DNA from: Myxococcota bacterium
GTDB taxonomy: Bacteria > Myxococcota_A > UBA796 > CAJQPC01
DNA length: 64,000 nt
Direction of reading: 5' to 3'
Assembly (NCBI GenBank): GCA_036229005.1
Contig: JAZAMN010000002.1
Location: 1-64,000, forward strand
Part shown: piece after piece, positions 8,158 to 20,990 of the stretch
Numbering within the stretch: the stretch's first letter is position 1
Layout of the letters: the number at the start of each line of letters is the position of its first letter
Translations under genes and position numbers: made by a program
Notes under the pieces: model-generated
Told to the model about the DNA's origin: nothing
Database searches by the model: none
Seen by the model: the letters and a program-made list of their open reading frames with translations, nothing else

Positions 8158-8337
8158 ATGTCTGCCCCCTCCCCCAGCCAGGACAAGCCCCTCACGCCCA
8201 ACGGAAAGCGTTGGGTGGCCGGGATTGTCCTGGGCCTGATGCTCGTCGTGGGTGTGAACCTCTACATGATGAAGGTGGCCATGGACAGCCACCCTGATCT
8301 CGTCGAGTCCTACGAGAACGAGGAGAACCGGAAGTGA
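8158..8337 (+). CDS. Short FixH/CcoH-like membrane peptide
   Basis: W..GIV....LVVGVN..M...A....PDLV..Y resembles the FixH N-terminus. Lies between ccoP and ccoI and overlaps the ccoI start. Confidence 0.65.
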   Translation: MSAPSPSQDKPLTPNGKRWVAGIVLGLMLVVGVNLYMMKVAMDSHPDLVESYENEENRK

Positions 8338-10610
8338 GCGAAGAGGGCCCCATCTCCCAGCAGGCGCACTGTGCCCACTGTGGACTCCCCGTCGAAGGGA
8401 GCCCGGATGAGGTCCTCTTCTGCTGCTCCGGGTGCGAGCTGGCCGCCTCCATCGTGGAGGAGGCCGGCTTGCAGCGTTGGTACCAGGAGCGCGAGAGCGA
8501 AGCCCCCCGTCCCGACACCCGCCCCCTCCCTGCCCTGTCCACCGAGATCGGTGCCGACGGGACCGCCGCTCTGGACTTCCGCGTCCAGGGCCTGCGCTGC
8601 AGCTCCTGCGTCTGGCTCGTCGAGCGGGTGCTGGAGGGCTCCGAAGGCGTCGAGCACGCCCGCGTCTCCTACTCCACAGGGCGCGCCGAGCTCCGCTTCG
8701 ACCCCGAGAAGACTTCCCTGGACACCCTGCTGACCCGCGTCCAGCAGCTCGGCTACCAGCCCGCTGCCCTGGCCGCCGCGCCCCCCAAGGATGAGGGGCT
8801 GCTGATCCGCCTGGGTGTGTCCGCCTTCCTGGCCGCGAACATCATGCTGATGGCGGCCTCCCTCTACCTGGGCTGGCTGTCCGAGATCGAAGACAGCGTC
8901 GCCACCCTCTTCCGCTGGACCTCCCTGGTCCTGAGCGCCCCCATCGCGATGTGGGCCGCCGAGCCCTTCCACAAGGGCGCCTGGCGCGCCGCCCGCGAAG
9001 GCCACCTGCACATGGACCTGCCCATCTCGCTGGCGGTCAACGTGCTCTTCGGCCACGCCCTCTGGGCCACCGTCCAGGGCCAGGAGGGCTACCTGGACAG
9101 CCTGGCGATGCTCGTCACCCTGCTGCTCGCCGGCCGGGTGCTGGACCAGCGGGGGCGTCGCGCTGCCCAGGAGGCCGCCTCTGCGCTGGCTGCCACGGCC
9201 CCGTCGAGGGCCCGGATCCTGGTGGACGGACAGCCCGTCACCACCCCCTCCGATCAGCTCCAGCCGGGCATGACGCTGCTCCTGTCCACCGGCGAGGAAC
9301 TGGCGGCCGACTGCGTGGTCCTGGACGGGAGCGGCATGGTCCGCACCGCCCAGCTCACCGGCGAGTCCGAGCCCGTCCCCACCGGCCCCGGCGAGCTCCT
9401 GCTGGCCGGCTCCACCCTGGTCCAGGGCAACCTGGAGCTGCGCATCGAGCAGGCCGGCGACCAGACCCTGCTGGCCCGCATGGCCGAGGGCCTGCTGGAG
9501 GCCAACGACCGCCCCCAGGCGCCCGACATCCTGGACCGCATCGCCCCCTGGTTCACCGGCGCCACCCTCAGCGTGGCCGCCCTCTCCGCAATCGGCTGGT
9601 ACCTGGTCGGCGGCGAGATCATGCCCCCGGTCATCGCCGTGCTGGTGGTCGCCTGCCCCTGCGCGCTGTCCCTGGCCCGCCCCCTCTCCGCCGCGGTGGG
9701 ACTGGGCGCGGCAGCGGACCGGGGTTTCCTCGCTCGCAGCGGGGATGCCCTGCTGGGGCTGGAGCAGGTGGATGTCGTGGTGATGGACAAGACCGGCACG
9801 CTCACCCACGGCCTCCCCTCCGTGACGGAAGCCGACGACAAGACCCTGCGGCTGGCGGCCGGCGTGGAGCGCGGCTCCATCCACCCCATCGCCCGCGCAA
9901 TCGTGCAGGAGTGCAGCGCCCGGAGCATCCCCATCCCCCTGGGCACCGACCTGCAGGAGCTCCCCGGCCAGGGGATGCTGGGACGGGTGGACGGGGTGCA
10001 GATCCTGGTCCAGGCCGCCGGCCCCGGCAAGGTCATGGTCATCGCTGATGGCGCTCTCGTCGGGGAGATCGCCCTCCGGGACAGCCTGCGGGAGGACGCC
10101 ACCGAGACCCTCGCCGCCATCCAGGCCACCGGCCGGCGCGTCGAGATGCTCACCGGTGACCACGCCGACGTCGCCGCCCGCATCGCCGAGCAGGCCGGCA
10201 TCGACGTGGTCCACGCCAAGGCCACGCCCGAGTCCAAGGCCGCCTACATCGCCGAGCTCCAGGAGCAGGGGCATTGCGTGCTCTTCATTGGCGATGGCAT
10301 CAACGACGGCCCGGCCCTGGCCCGCGCGGACGTCGCGGTCGCCATGTCCACCGGCGCAGGCTCCAGCGTGCTGGTCTCCGACGCCGTGGTCGCCTGGCCC
10401 TCCCTCAAGCCCCTGCTGGCCGGGTTCAGAGCCTCCAAGGCCGCCCACAAGGCCACCCGCAGCAACCTCATCCGCTCCGGCACCTACAATGTCCTCGCTG
10501 TGGCAGCCGCTGCTCTGGGGTTCGTGAACCCCCTGGTCGCAGCGGTGCTCATGCCCCTGTCCAGCGGCATGGTCCTGCTCGGAGCCCTCAGCATCCGGAG
10601 GAAGCTATGA
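8334..10610 (+). CDS. ccoI: Copper-translocating P1B-type ATPase (CcoI/FixI)
   Basis: CAHCG..FCCSGC, HMA CSSC, LTGES, ACPCAL, DKTGTLT, HP, GDGIND, YN and MPLSS motifs. Confidence 0.95.
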   Translation: MSEEGPISQQAHCAHCGLPVEGSPDEVLFCCSGCELAASIVEEAGLQRWYQERESEAPRPDTRPLPALSTEIGADGTAALDFRVQGLRCSSCVWLVERVLEGSEGVEHARVSYSTGRAELRFDPEKTSLDTLLTRVQQLGYQPAALAAAPPKDEGLLIRLGVSAFLAANIMLMAASLYLGWLSEIEDSVATLFRWTSLVLSAPIAMWAAEPFHKGAWRAAREGHLHMDLPISLAVNVLFGHALWATVQGQEGYLDSLAMLVTLLLAGRVLDQRGRRAAQEAASALAATAPSRARILVDGQPVTTPSDQLQPGMTLLLSTGEELAADCVVLDGSGMVRTAQLTGESEPVPTGPGELLLAGSTLVQGNLELRIEQAGDQTLLARMAEGLLEANDRPQAPDILDRIAPWFTGATLSVAALSAIGWYLVGGEIMPPVIAVLVVACPCALSLARPLSAAVGLGAAADRGFLARSGDALLGLEQVDVVVMDKTGTLTHGLPSVTEADDKTLRLAAGVERGSIHPIARAIVQECSARSIPIPLGTDLQELPGQGMLGRVDGVQILVQAAGPGKVMVIADGALVGEIALRDSLREDATETLAAIQATGRRVEMLTGDHADVAARIAEQAGIDVVHAKATPESKAAYIAELQEQGHCVLFIGDGINDGPALARADVAVAMSTGAGSSVLVSDAVVAWPSLKPLLAGFRASKAAHKATRSNLIRSGTYNVLAVAAAALGFVNPLVAAVLMPLSSGMVLLGALSIRRKL

Positions 10611-10741
10611 ACATCCTCATCCTGCTCGTCCCCGTCGCCCTGCTCCTGGGTGGTACCTTCGCCGTCCTGTTTGTGGTGTCCGCCCAGAGAGGTCAGTTCG
10701 ATGACCTGGACGACGCCCCCGAGCGCATGCTCCGCGACTGA
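10607..10741 (+). CDS. ccoS: cbb3 oxidase assembly protein CcoS
   Basis: MNILILLVPVALLLG...GQFDDLDDAPERMLRD, with an ATGA overlap with the ccoI stop. Confidence 0.93.
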   Translation: MNILILLVPVALLLGGTFAVLFVVSAQRGQFDDLDDAPERMLRD

Positions 10742-10768
10742 ATCCCCTGCCCCCCGGGTCCCCTGCAC

Positions 10769-12127
<1,359 letters not shown>

Positions 12128-12137
12128 CAGCCCCCTG

Positions 12138-13610
12138 CTAGGGCGCCGCCCGCATCGTGATCTTGAAGCAGGCGCCGTCGGGGCAGCTCTCCAGCTCCAG
12201 GGTGCCGCCCATGGCCTCGATGTACTTGCGGCTGATGGCCAGCCCCAGCCCCGTGCCCCGGGTCTTGGTGGTCACGAAGGGCTCGAACAGGGTGCTCAGC
12301 ACCTCGGGGTCCACGCCGGGCCCATCGTCCCGGACCCGCACCACAGGGCCCGGACCGACGATCAGCCAGACCCTGCCCTCGCCGGCGACCGCGTCTCTTG
12401 CGTTCTGGAGCAGGTTCACCAGGACCTGGGTGGTGTACTGCGGATCCGCGAACACCCGGGTCCCCTGCCCCCCCTCCTGCTCAAGCTCCGCGTCCACGCC
12501 GGACTGGGTGATGCCCTCCTTCACCAGCTCGCAGAGGTCCACCGCCTCGGTCTTGACCTGCGCGGGGCGGGCGTATCCCAAGAGGTCGCTGACCAAGCGG
12601 TCCAAGCGGAAGACCTGCTCCCCCACCTTCTCCAGCACCTTGCGCCGGCGGTCGTCTTGGGCCAGGGACCCGCCGATGACCTGAAGGGTGGCCGAGATGG
12701 CGGCCAGGGGGTTCCGGATCTCGTGGGCGATGTTGGCGGCCAGGGTGCCGATCCGCGCGAGGCCCTCGGCGTGCTGGGCCCGGACCTCGGCCTGGACGAC
12801 GTCGGTGAGCTCCTCCAGGTGGATGAGCATGTGGGCCAGCTCGTGCTGCAGCGGCACCAGGGTGATGCGGAAGTGGCGCTCGTGGCCCTCGTGCAGGAGC
12901 AGCGTGCGCGGCATGGTGACGACCCGCCCGGTCATGGAGGCCCGAGCGAGCGCGGCGTCCAGATCGGCGGCCTCCCAGAGCGCGGGCGGCAGAAAGGACT
13001 CGACGGACGCTCCGACCTTGGCCTGGGGGTTGAGCAGGCGCGTTCCGGGCGCGGTCGCGGAGTTCACCCGGCCCTTCTCGTCCAGGACGAGCACAGTGAC
13101 GGGCATGTTGCGGATGATGAGGTCCTGCAGGGTGCGCAGCTCCTCCCACTCGTGCTCGGCGTGGTAGGTCGAGGTCATCGCGGCCAGATCCAGGTCCCCG
13201 ACCTTTGAGAGGCTGCGGCAGACCTCCCGAGCCTCCGCCGGCTCCAGCGCGTCAAAGACGATGTCGACCATCCCTTCCCTGACCTGGTTCATGGCCGTGA
13301 ACATGTAGCGCTCGGGCAGACCGACGCGGACATGCACCTTCCCGATGCGCTGGCGGCGCTCGAAGTAGGCCTCGTCCCAGGGGCCGTTGAGCAGCTCCTG
13401 CATCCAGACCTTGAGGGTCTCCTTGAGGCGGTTGACCTGGGCCAGGTCCTGGAAGACGCTGCGGGCGTCCTCATGTCCAAGGATCACCTGGTAGAACTGG
13501 TCGACCAGCGCCTGCTTGTGGGGCTCGACCAGGGGCCAGGCCCGGCGCAGGTTGGCCTCGTCCTGGGGGCTCCACCCCACGTAGCGCAGCATGTCTTGCC
13601 AATGGCTCAT
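12138..13610 (-). CDS. Globin-coupled (protoglobin) sensor histidine kinase with PAS-like domain
   Basis: N-terminus YVGW..D..L, FY, WMQELLNGPWDEAYFERRQRIGKVHVRVGLP (sensor globin); H-box AHEIRNPL; N-box NLLQNA; G boxes DDGPG, PFVTTK, GTGLGL. GGAG RBS before ATG 13610. Confidence 0.93.
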   Translation of the reverse strand: MSHWQDMLRYVGWSPQDEANLRRAWPLVEPHKQALVDQFYQVILGHEDARSVFQDLAQVNRLKETLKVWMQELLNGPWDEAYFERRQRIGKVHVRVGLPERYMFTAMNQVREGMVDIVFDALEPAEAREVCRSLSKVGDLDLAAMTSTYHAEHEWEELRTLQDLIIRNMPVTVLVLDEKGRVNSATAPGTRLLNPQAKVGASVESFLPPALWEAADLDAALARASMTGRVVTMPRTLLLHEGHERHFRITLVPLQHELAHMLIHLEELTDVVQAEVRAQHAEGLARIGTLAANIAHEIRNPLAAISATLQVIGGSLAQDDRRRKVLEKVGEQVFRLDRLVSDLLGYARPAQVKTEAVDLCELVKEGITQSGVDAELEQEGGQGTRVFADPQYTTQVLVNLLQNARDAVAGEGRVWLIVGPGPVVRVRDDGPGVDPEVLSTLFEPFVTTKTRGTGLGLAISRKYIEAMGGTLELESCPDGACFKITMRAAP

Positions 13611-13643
13611 GGCTTCTCCTAGCCAAGAGAATAGGGGAAGTCC

Positions 13644-16394
13644 ATGCTTGCCCTGATGCTCCCTGCCGCCTTCGCGCAGGCCCTGCCGACCCCCGAGGTC
13701 GCCGCCGACTGGTCCCGCGTCGACACCGCCCACTACAACCTCTACTACCCCCAGGAGGCCGAGGCGTGGGCGCTCATGTCCGCGGCGCACCTGGAGTCGA
13801 TCCGCGCGGCGGTGCAGGCCGAGGTCGGGGCGCCGATGCCCGAGCAGGCGATCGATGTGCTGGTGCAGGACCCCTTCTCGCGGCCCAACGGCTTCGCGAT
13901 CCCGCTGCAGTACGGCGCGCGCATGGGCATCTTCGCCAGCCCCCCCGGCGCCGACTCGGTGCTGGGCAACTACCGGAGCTGGCACGAGCTGCTGCTGGTC
14001 CACGAAGACACCCACCTGGTGCACCTGCTCACGCCCTCGCGCAACCCGCTGGTCGCCTCGCTCCAGTCCACCGTGCTCCCCATGGGTCCGGTGGCCCTCA
14101 AGTCCCCGCGGTGGGTCAGCGAGGGCTACGCGACCGTGGTCGAGGGCCGCCTGACGGGCTCCGGACGCCCCCACTCGGACGGGCGGGCCACCCTGCTGCG
14201 CTCGCTGGCCGCGACGGGCACCATGCCCACCTACGACGAGCTGGACGGCGCCGACCGCTTCATGGGCGGCTCCATGGCCTATCTGGTGGGCTCCGCGTAC
14301 CTGGAGTGGCTGGAGGCCGGGAGCCACCCGGGGGCTCTGCAGGAGCTTTGGCGCGCGATGTCCGCCAAGGAGCTGCGCGGCTTCGACGACGCCTTCATCG
14401 CCGTGTTCGGGGACGACCCGCGGGCCATGTACCAGCGCTACGTGGCCGAGCTCGCCGCCGACGCCCTGGCGGTCGAAGACCTGCGCCCTCCCCAGGACAC
14501 CCTCTGGCAGGCCACCACTGGCTATACCGGCGCGCCCCAGGTCTCCCCCGACGGCAGCATGGTCGCGTTCGTGCGCGATGACGACCAGCTCGTCTCCACC
14601 CTGGTCGTGCTGAGCACCGACGACAACGCCGAGGCCATCGCCGCCTGGGAAGCCAACGTGGACGCCGCCCTGGAGGAGGACCCGCTGGACGTGCGCCCGC
14701 TGCTGGAGGCCCCCCTCCCCCGCGAGCCTCTGCACGAGCGCAAGCACTGGGGTGTGTCCGCCGAGGAGCCCGCCTGGTTGCCCGACGGAAGCGGCCTGGT
14801 GTTCGCCTCCTGGCAGGTCGACCACGACGGCCGTATGCGCCCCGATCTGTATAGCTGGACCCTGGAGGGGCAGGAGCAGCGCATCACCCACGGGGAGTCT
14901 CTGCGCGCCCCCGACGTGCACCCCTCCGGCCAGTGGATCGTCGCGGTGCAGGAGCGCTGGGCCATCAGCCGCCTGGTGTGGGTCGAGCGGGCCACCGGCG
15001 CCGTCACCGCCCTCTATGAGGGGGAGCAGCTCGAGGTCGTGGACAGCCCGCGGGTTTCACCCGACGGACTTCACGTGGCCTTCCTACGCCACCGGGGCAC
15101 CTGGGAGCTCGTCATCCTCGACCTCCGGGACGCAAGCGAGGTCACCGTGGCGCTGCCCGAGGGCGCCCAGATCGCGGCCCCCGAGTGGGCCGACAACGAC
15201 TCCGTGGTCGCCAGCGTGGGCCTGGAGGGCTTCGTGGAGGCCTGGGACCTGCCGGTGGACGGCAGCCCGGGCCGCCGGCTGACCCAGACCCGGGGCGGCG
15301 CCCTGCACCCCTGCCCCGACGGCCAGGGCGGCCTCTACTTCCTGAGCCTGGGCAGCGAGGGGCTCAGCCTGCACCACAGCCCCGAGGGCATGACCCTGAG
15401 CGTCTGGGGCGAACCCCGCCTGCTGCCGGACCCGCCCCGTGAGAGCTTCGAGGCCCCCCTGGTCCTGCGCATCCCCGAGTCCCCCCAGCCCCAGTTCGCC
15501 GCGCAGGAGGTCAGCCCCCGCGACTACGGCCTGGGCCCCCACAGCGTGCGCCCTCTGGTGGGTGCCAGCGTGCACCGGGGCGGCGGCTTCTACGAGCTGG
15601 GCCTGCGCGCCGGCGACCCCGCCGGACGCAGCACCGTGCACGCCCTGGCTGGCTTCCAGGAGGTGCGCGGCGCCTCCGGTGCCTGGACCGTGCGGATGCT
15701 GCCGGTGGATCTGGGCCTGTGGGCCTGGACCCTGCCCGGCAGCAGCGGCGCGGCCCTGGTCGCGCAGGACAGCCTGCCTTGGGCCCACGGCATCGCGGAG
15801 GGCGGCGCCTCCCTGCGCGCAGACACCGCCGGGAGCGCTGCGGCCGCCTGGGGCAGCGTCGCGCACACCCACTGGTTCGGCGTGGGCTGGGTCAGCGGGA
15901 GCCTGGACGCCCGGGGACAGCTCGCCAAGGGTGGGAGCACGGGCCTGGCCACGGCGCACCTCGCTGGCGGACTGGGGCTCCTGGGCCTGCGGGTGGGGGC
16001 TGGTAGCGCGAGAGGTGAGGACCTGATGCTGGGCGGCCTGGACTCCTCCCTCTACGCCCCTGGCTGGGACACGACCCGGATCTACGACCCCAGCTTCCTG
16101 AGCGGGAGCTACCAGGCCTCCCGCAGCGATCACTGGGAGGCGGCGGTCGGCATCCCCGGCGGCCTGTGGCTGGAGACCCGCTGGCGCACCCTGGACGACG
16201 CCGAGCGCGTGGGCACGGTGGGCCTGCGCACCGACATCACCACGCCCCGGCAGCCCTTCATGCGCAGCTCCCAGGCCGACATCCAGGCGGGCGTGAGCTG
16301 CATCCTGGACCCCATCGGCGATCCCGTGGGGACCCAGGCGTTCACCGACCGGGACAGCTACCAGCTCTGGCTGGGCCTGCGCTGGACGCCCTGA
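13644..16394 (+). CDS. Exported protein with HExxH peptidase-MA-like domain, TolB/PD40 beta-propeller and putative C-terminal beta-barrel
   Basis: Signal peptide; HEDTH...WVSEGYA; repeated SPDG / PAWLPDG / HPSG blades; alternating beta-strands ending YQLWLGLRW. Confidence 0.75.
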   Translation: MLALMLPAAFAQALPTPEVAADWSRVDTAHYNLYYPQEAEAWALMSAAHLESIRAAVQAEVGAPMPEQAIDVLVQDPFSRPNGFAIPLQYGARMGIFASPPGADSVLGNYRSWHELLLVHEDTHLVHLLTPSRNPLVASLQSTVLPMGPVALKSPRWVSEGYATVVEGRLTGSGRPHSDGRATLLRSLAATGTMPTYDELDGADRFMGGSMAYLVGSAYLEWLEAGSHPGALQELWRAMSAKELRGFDDAFIAVFGDDPRAMYQRYVAELAADALAVEDLRPPQDTLWQATTGYTGAPQVSPDGSMVAFVRDDDQLVSTLVVLSTDDNAEAIAAWEANVDAALEEDPLDVRPLLEAPLPREPLHERKHWGVSAEEPAWLPDGSGLVFASWQVDHDGRMRPDLYSWTLEGQEQRITHGESLRAPDVHPSGQWIVAVQERWAISRLVWVERATGAVTALYEGEQLEVVDSPRVSPDGLHVAFLRHRGTWELVILDLRDASEVTVALPEGAQIAAPEWADNDSVVASVGLEGFVEAWDLPVDGSPGRRLTQTRGGALHPCPDGQGGLYFLSLGSEGLSLHHSPEGMTLSVWGEPRLLPDPPRESFEAPLVLRIPESPQPQFAAQEVSPRDYGLGPHSVRPLVGASVHRGGGFYELGLRAGDPAGRSTVHALAGFQEVRGASGAWTVRMLPVDLGLWAWTLPGSSGAALVAQDSLPWAHGIAEGGASLRADTAGSAAAAWGSVAHTHWFGVGWVSGSLDARGQLAKGGSTGLATAHLAGGLGLLGLRVGAGSARGEDLMLGGLDSSLYAPGWDTTRIYDPSFLSGSYQASRSDHWEAAVGIPGGLWLETRWRTLDDAERVGTVGLRTDITTPRQPFMRSSQADIQAGVSCILDPIGDPVGTQAFTDRDSYQLWLGLRWTP

Positions 16395-16461
16395 GGCCCG
16401 CCAGCGCGCAAGACCCCCGGGTCCACATCCCATGCAGGGCCCAACCCCATCTGGAGACCCC

Positions 16462-16920
16462 ATGCTGACCGAAGGCACCCCCGCCCCCGACTTCACCGCA
16501 CCCACCGACACCGGCGAGGTCACCCTCTCTGCGCTGCGCGGCCAGAAGGTGGTCCTGTACTTCTACCCGCGGGACAGCACGCCGGGCTGCACGACCGAGG
16601 CCTGTGACTTCCGGGATCTGAAGGCCGAGTTCGAGGCCGCCGGCGCGGTGATCCTGGGCGTGTCCAGCGACTCCGTGAAGAAGCACCAGAACTTCGTCGC
16701 CAAGAAGGAGCTGAACTTCCCGCTCATCGCGGACACCGAGAAGGAGGTCCACGAGGCCTACGGCACCTGGGTCGAGAAGAAGAACTACGGCAAGGTCTAC
16801 ATGGGCACCCAGCGCAGCACCTTTCTGATCGACGAGCAGGGGGTCATCCAGAAGGTGTGGCCCAAGGTGCGCGTGAAGGGCCACGTGGACCAGGTGCTGG
16901 AGGCGGTGAAGGGGCTCTGA
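16462..16920 (+). CDS. bcp: Peroxiredoxin Bcp (thioredoxin-dependent thiol peroxidase)
   Basis: APDF, VVLYFYPRDSTPGCTTEACDF, RSTFLID. Confidence 0.96.
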   Translation: MLTEGTPAPDFTAPTDTGEVTLSALRGQKVVLYFYPRDSTPGCTTEACDFRDLKAEFEAAGAVILGVSSDSVKKHQNFVAKKELNFPLIADTEKEVHEAYGTWVEKKNYGKVYMGTQRSTFLIDEQGVIQKVWPKVRVKGHVDQVLEAVKGL

Positions 16921-16938
16921 CCCCCCGCGGCTGGGAGA

Positions 16939-16990
16939 AGCCGCACCTCGCTGATGCACAGAAGCCCACCCCAGTGATGGGGCGGGCCTC
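16939..16990. repeat. Copy 1 of ~50 bp direct repeat, including a terminator-like hairpin for the minus strand
   Basis: AGCCGCACCTCGCTGA..CACAGAAG-CCCACCCCA-N4-TGGGGCGGGC, matching 19845-19900. Confidence 0.7.
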
Positions 16991-17039
16991 GCTTCAGATG
17001 GTGCCCCAGAGGTCCGTGGGGGCGCGGTCCACTCCTCCC

Positions 17040-19739
<2,700 letters not shown>

Positions 19740-19844
19740 GCTGGGGTCTCCATCAGATGGGAGCCCAAGCTAGCCCTGCCCCGAAACACCGCTGGCCCGC
19801 CTCGGTGTCAGCCCCGGAGCGCGATGCACACAGCCCGAGCGCTC

Positions 19845-19900
19845 AGCCGCACCTCGCTGACACAGAAGAGCCCACCGCCAATCTCTGGGGTGGGCTCTCT
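19845..19900. terminator. Intrinsic terminator-like hairpin; copy 2 of the ~50 bp repeat
   Basis: Stem AGAGCCCACC (19867-19876) / GGTGGGCTCT (19889-19898) just downstream of the 11-gene minus-strand operon. Confidence 0.7.
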
Positions 19901-19922
19901 TTGGGGAGGTGAGGTCGGGATC

Positions 19923-20987
19923 TCAGTACTGCCCAGTCACGTCCTCAACATGCAACCTGCGCCAGTCGCTCCCCTTGTTGGGCAACCCGGTGTAGGCGAG
20001 GAGCGTCCGACCGCCGGACTGGACCAGCGAGGGCTCTCCGACCGCGACGTGGCTGGTCGAGATGCTGACGGTCTTGGAGCCGTCGATGCGGGTCATGTAG
20101 ATGGCGGAGCTCTTGTCGGGCTCGGAGCTGCCGTAGGCCACCCACTGCTTGTCCGGGGACAGGGCGGGGTTGGAGCGCGCGGGCAGGCGCACATCGCGGG
20201 CGATGACCTTGCGGCCGCTGCCGTCGGCCACGGCGATGTCCCAGTGGCCCTCGCCGCGCTCGCTGGTGAAGTAGACGACCTGCTCGCCGGCCCACACGGG
20301 GCGAGTCTGGTCGCCGTTGCCGCCGGCCAGGGGCTTGAGCTTGGTGCCGCCCTCCCAGGTGAACAGGTCCTCGGTCCCGTTGTTCTTGCGGGAGAAGGCC
20401 AGCTTGGTCGCGTCGTCGTTCCAGGCGGGGTTGTGCTCAGCGAAGTTGCTGGTGAACACGTTGACCATGTCCGAGCTGGCGAGCTCCCAGACGAACACGT
20501 CGCCGTTGCCGGCGGAGTCGGTCACGAACGCGAAGCGCTCGCCGTTGCTGGACATGGCCGGCGCGGCGAGGTTGCCGGAGACCTGCGTGCTGGTGATCAG
20601 CTCGTTGGGGGCGCCAGCGCCGGGGGTCGCGTAGTAGAGCCGCATGGTCCCGCCGGGGCTGGAGCCCTCGAAGATGACCATCAGGTTGGGCTTGGTGGCC
20701 CAGGTGGGGCTGGCGGCCAGGTAGCCGCCGCCGCCGCCGAAGCTGGAGCTGGCGCCGGGAATGCGCAGGGCCTGGGGGCTGCCCGCAGCGGTGCCCTTCA
20801 TCTCGGTGATGAAGAGCTCGACGCTGTTGGACATGTTGTTGACCTCGTAGGCCAGCCAGCTCCCGTCCGGAGCCCACACGGGGTTCTGGACGTGTCCGGT
20901 GTCGGGGCTGGTGACCTCAGCGGCGCCAGCGACGCCGGCGGCCAATCCGGCGACCAGGAGTCCGGCGGCAAGGATGCGGGGCTTCAT
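19923..20987 (-). CDS. TolB-like (PD40) beta-propeller periplasmic protein
   Basis: Signal peptide; blades NPVWAPDG, SPTWA, APAMSSNG, NPAWNDD, RPVWAG, NPALSPDK. Confidence 0.85.
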   Translation of the reverse strand: MKPRILAAGLLVAGLAAGVAGAAEVTSPDTGHVQNPVWAPDGSWLAYEVNNMSNSVELFITEMKGTAAGSPQALRIPGASSSFGGGGGYLAASPTWATKPNLMVIFEGSSPGGTMRLYYATPGAGAPNELITSTQVSGNLAAPAMSSNGERFAFVTDSAGNGDVFVWELASSDMVNVFTSNFAEHNPAWNDDATKLAFSRKNNGTEDLFTWEGGTKLKPLAGGNGDQTRPVWAGEQVVYFTSERGEGHWDIAVADGSGRKVIARDVRLPARSNPALSPDKQWVAYGSSEPDKSSAIYMTRIDGSKTVSISTSHVAVGEPSLVQSGGRTLLAYTGLPNKGSDWRRLHVEDVTGQY

Positions 20988-20990
20988 TCA

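Noticed and set aside
12138..14921. 927 aa version of the histidine kinase
   Set aside because: The N-terminal extension overlaps the divergent gene at 13644; the start with an RBS is at 13610.
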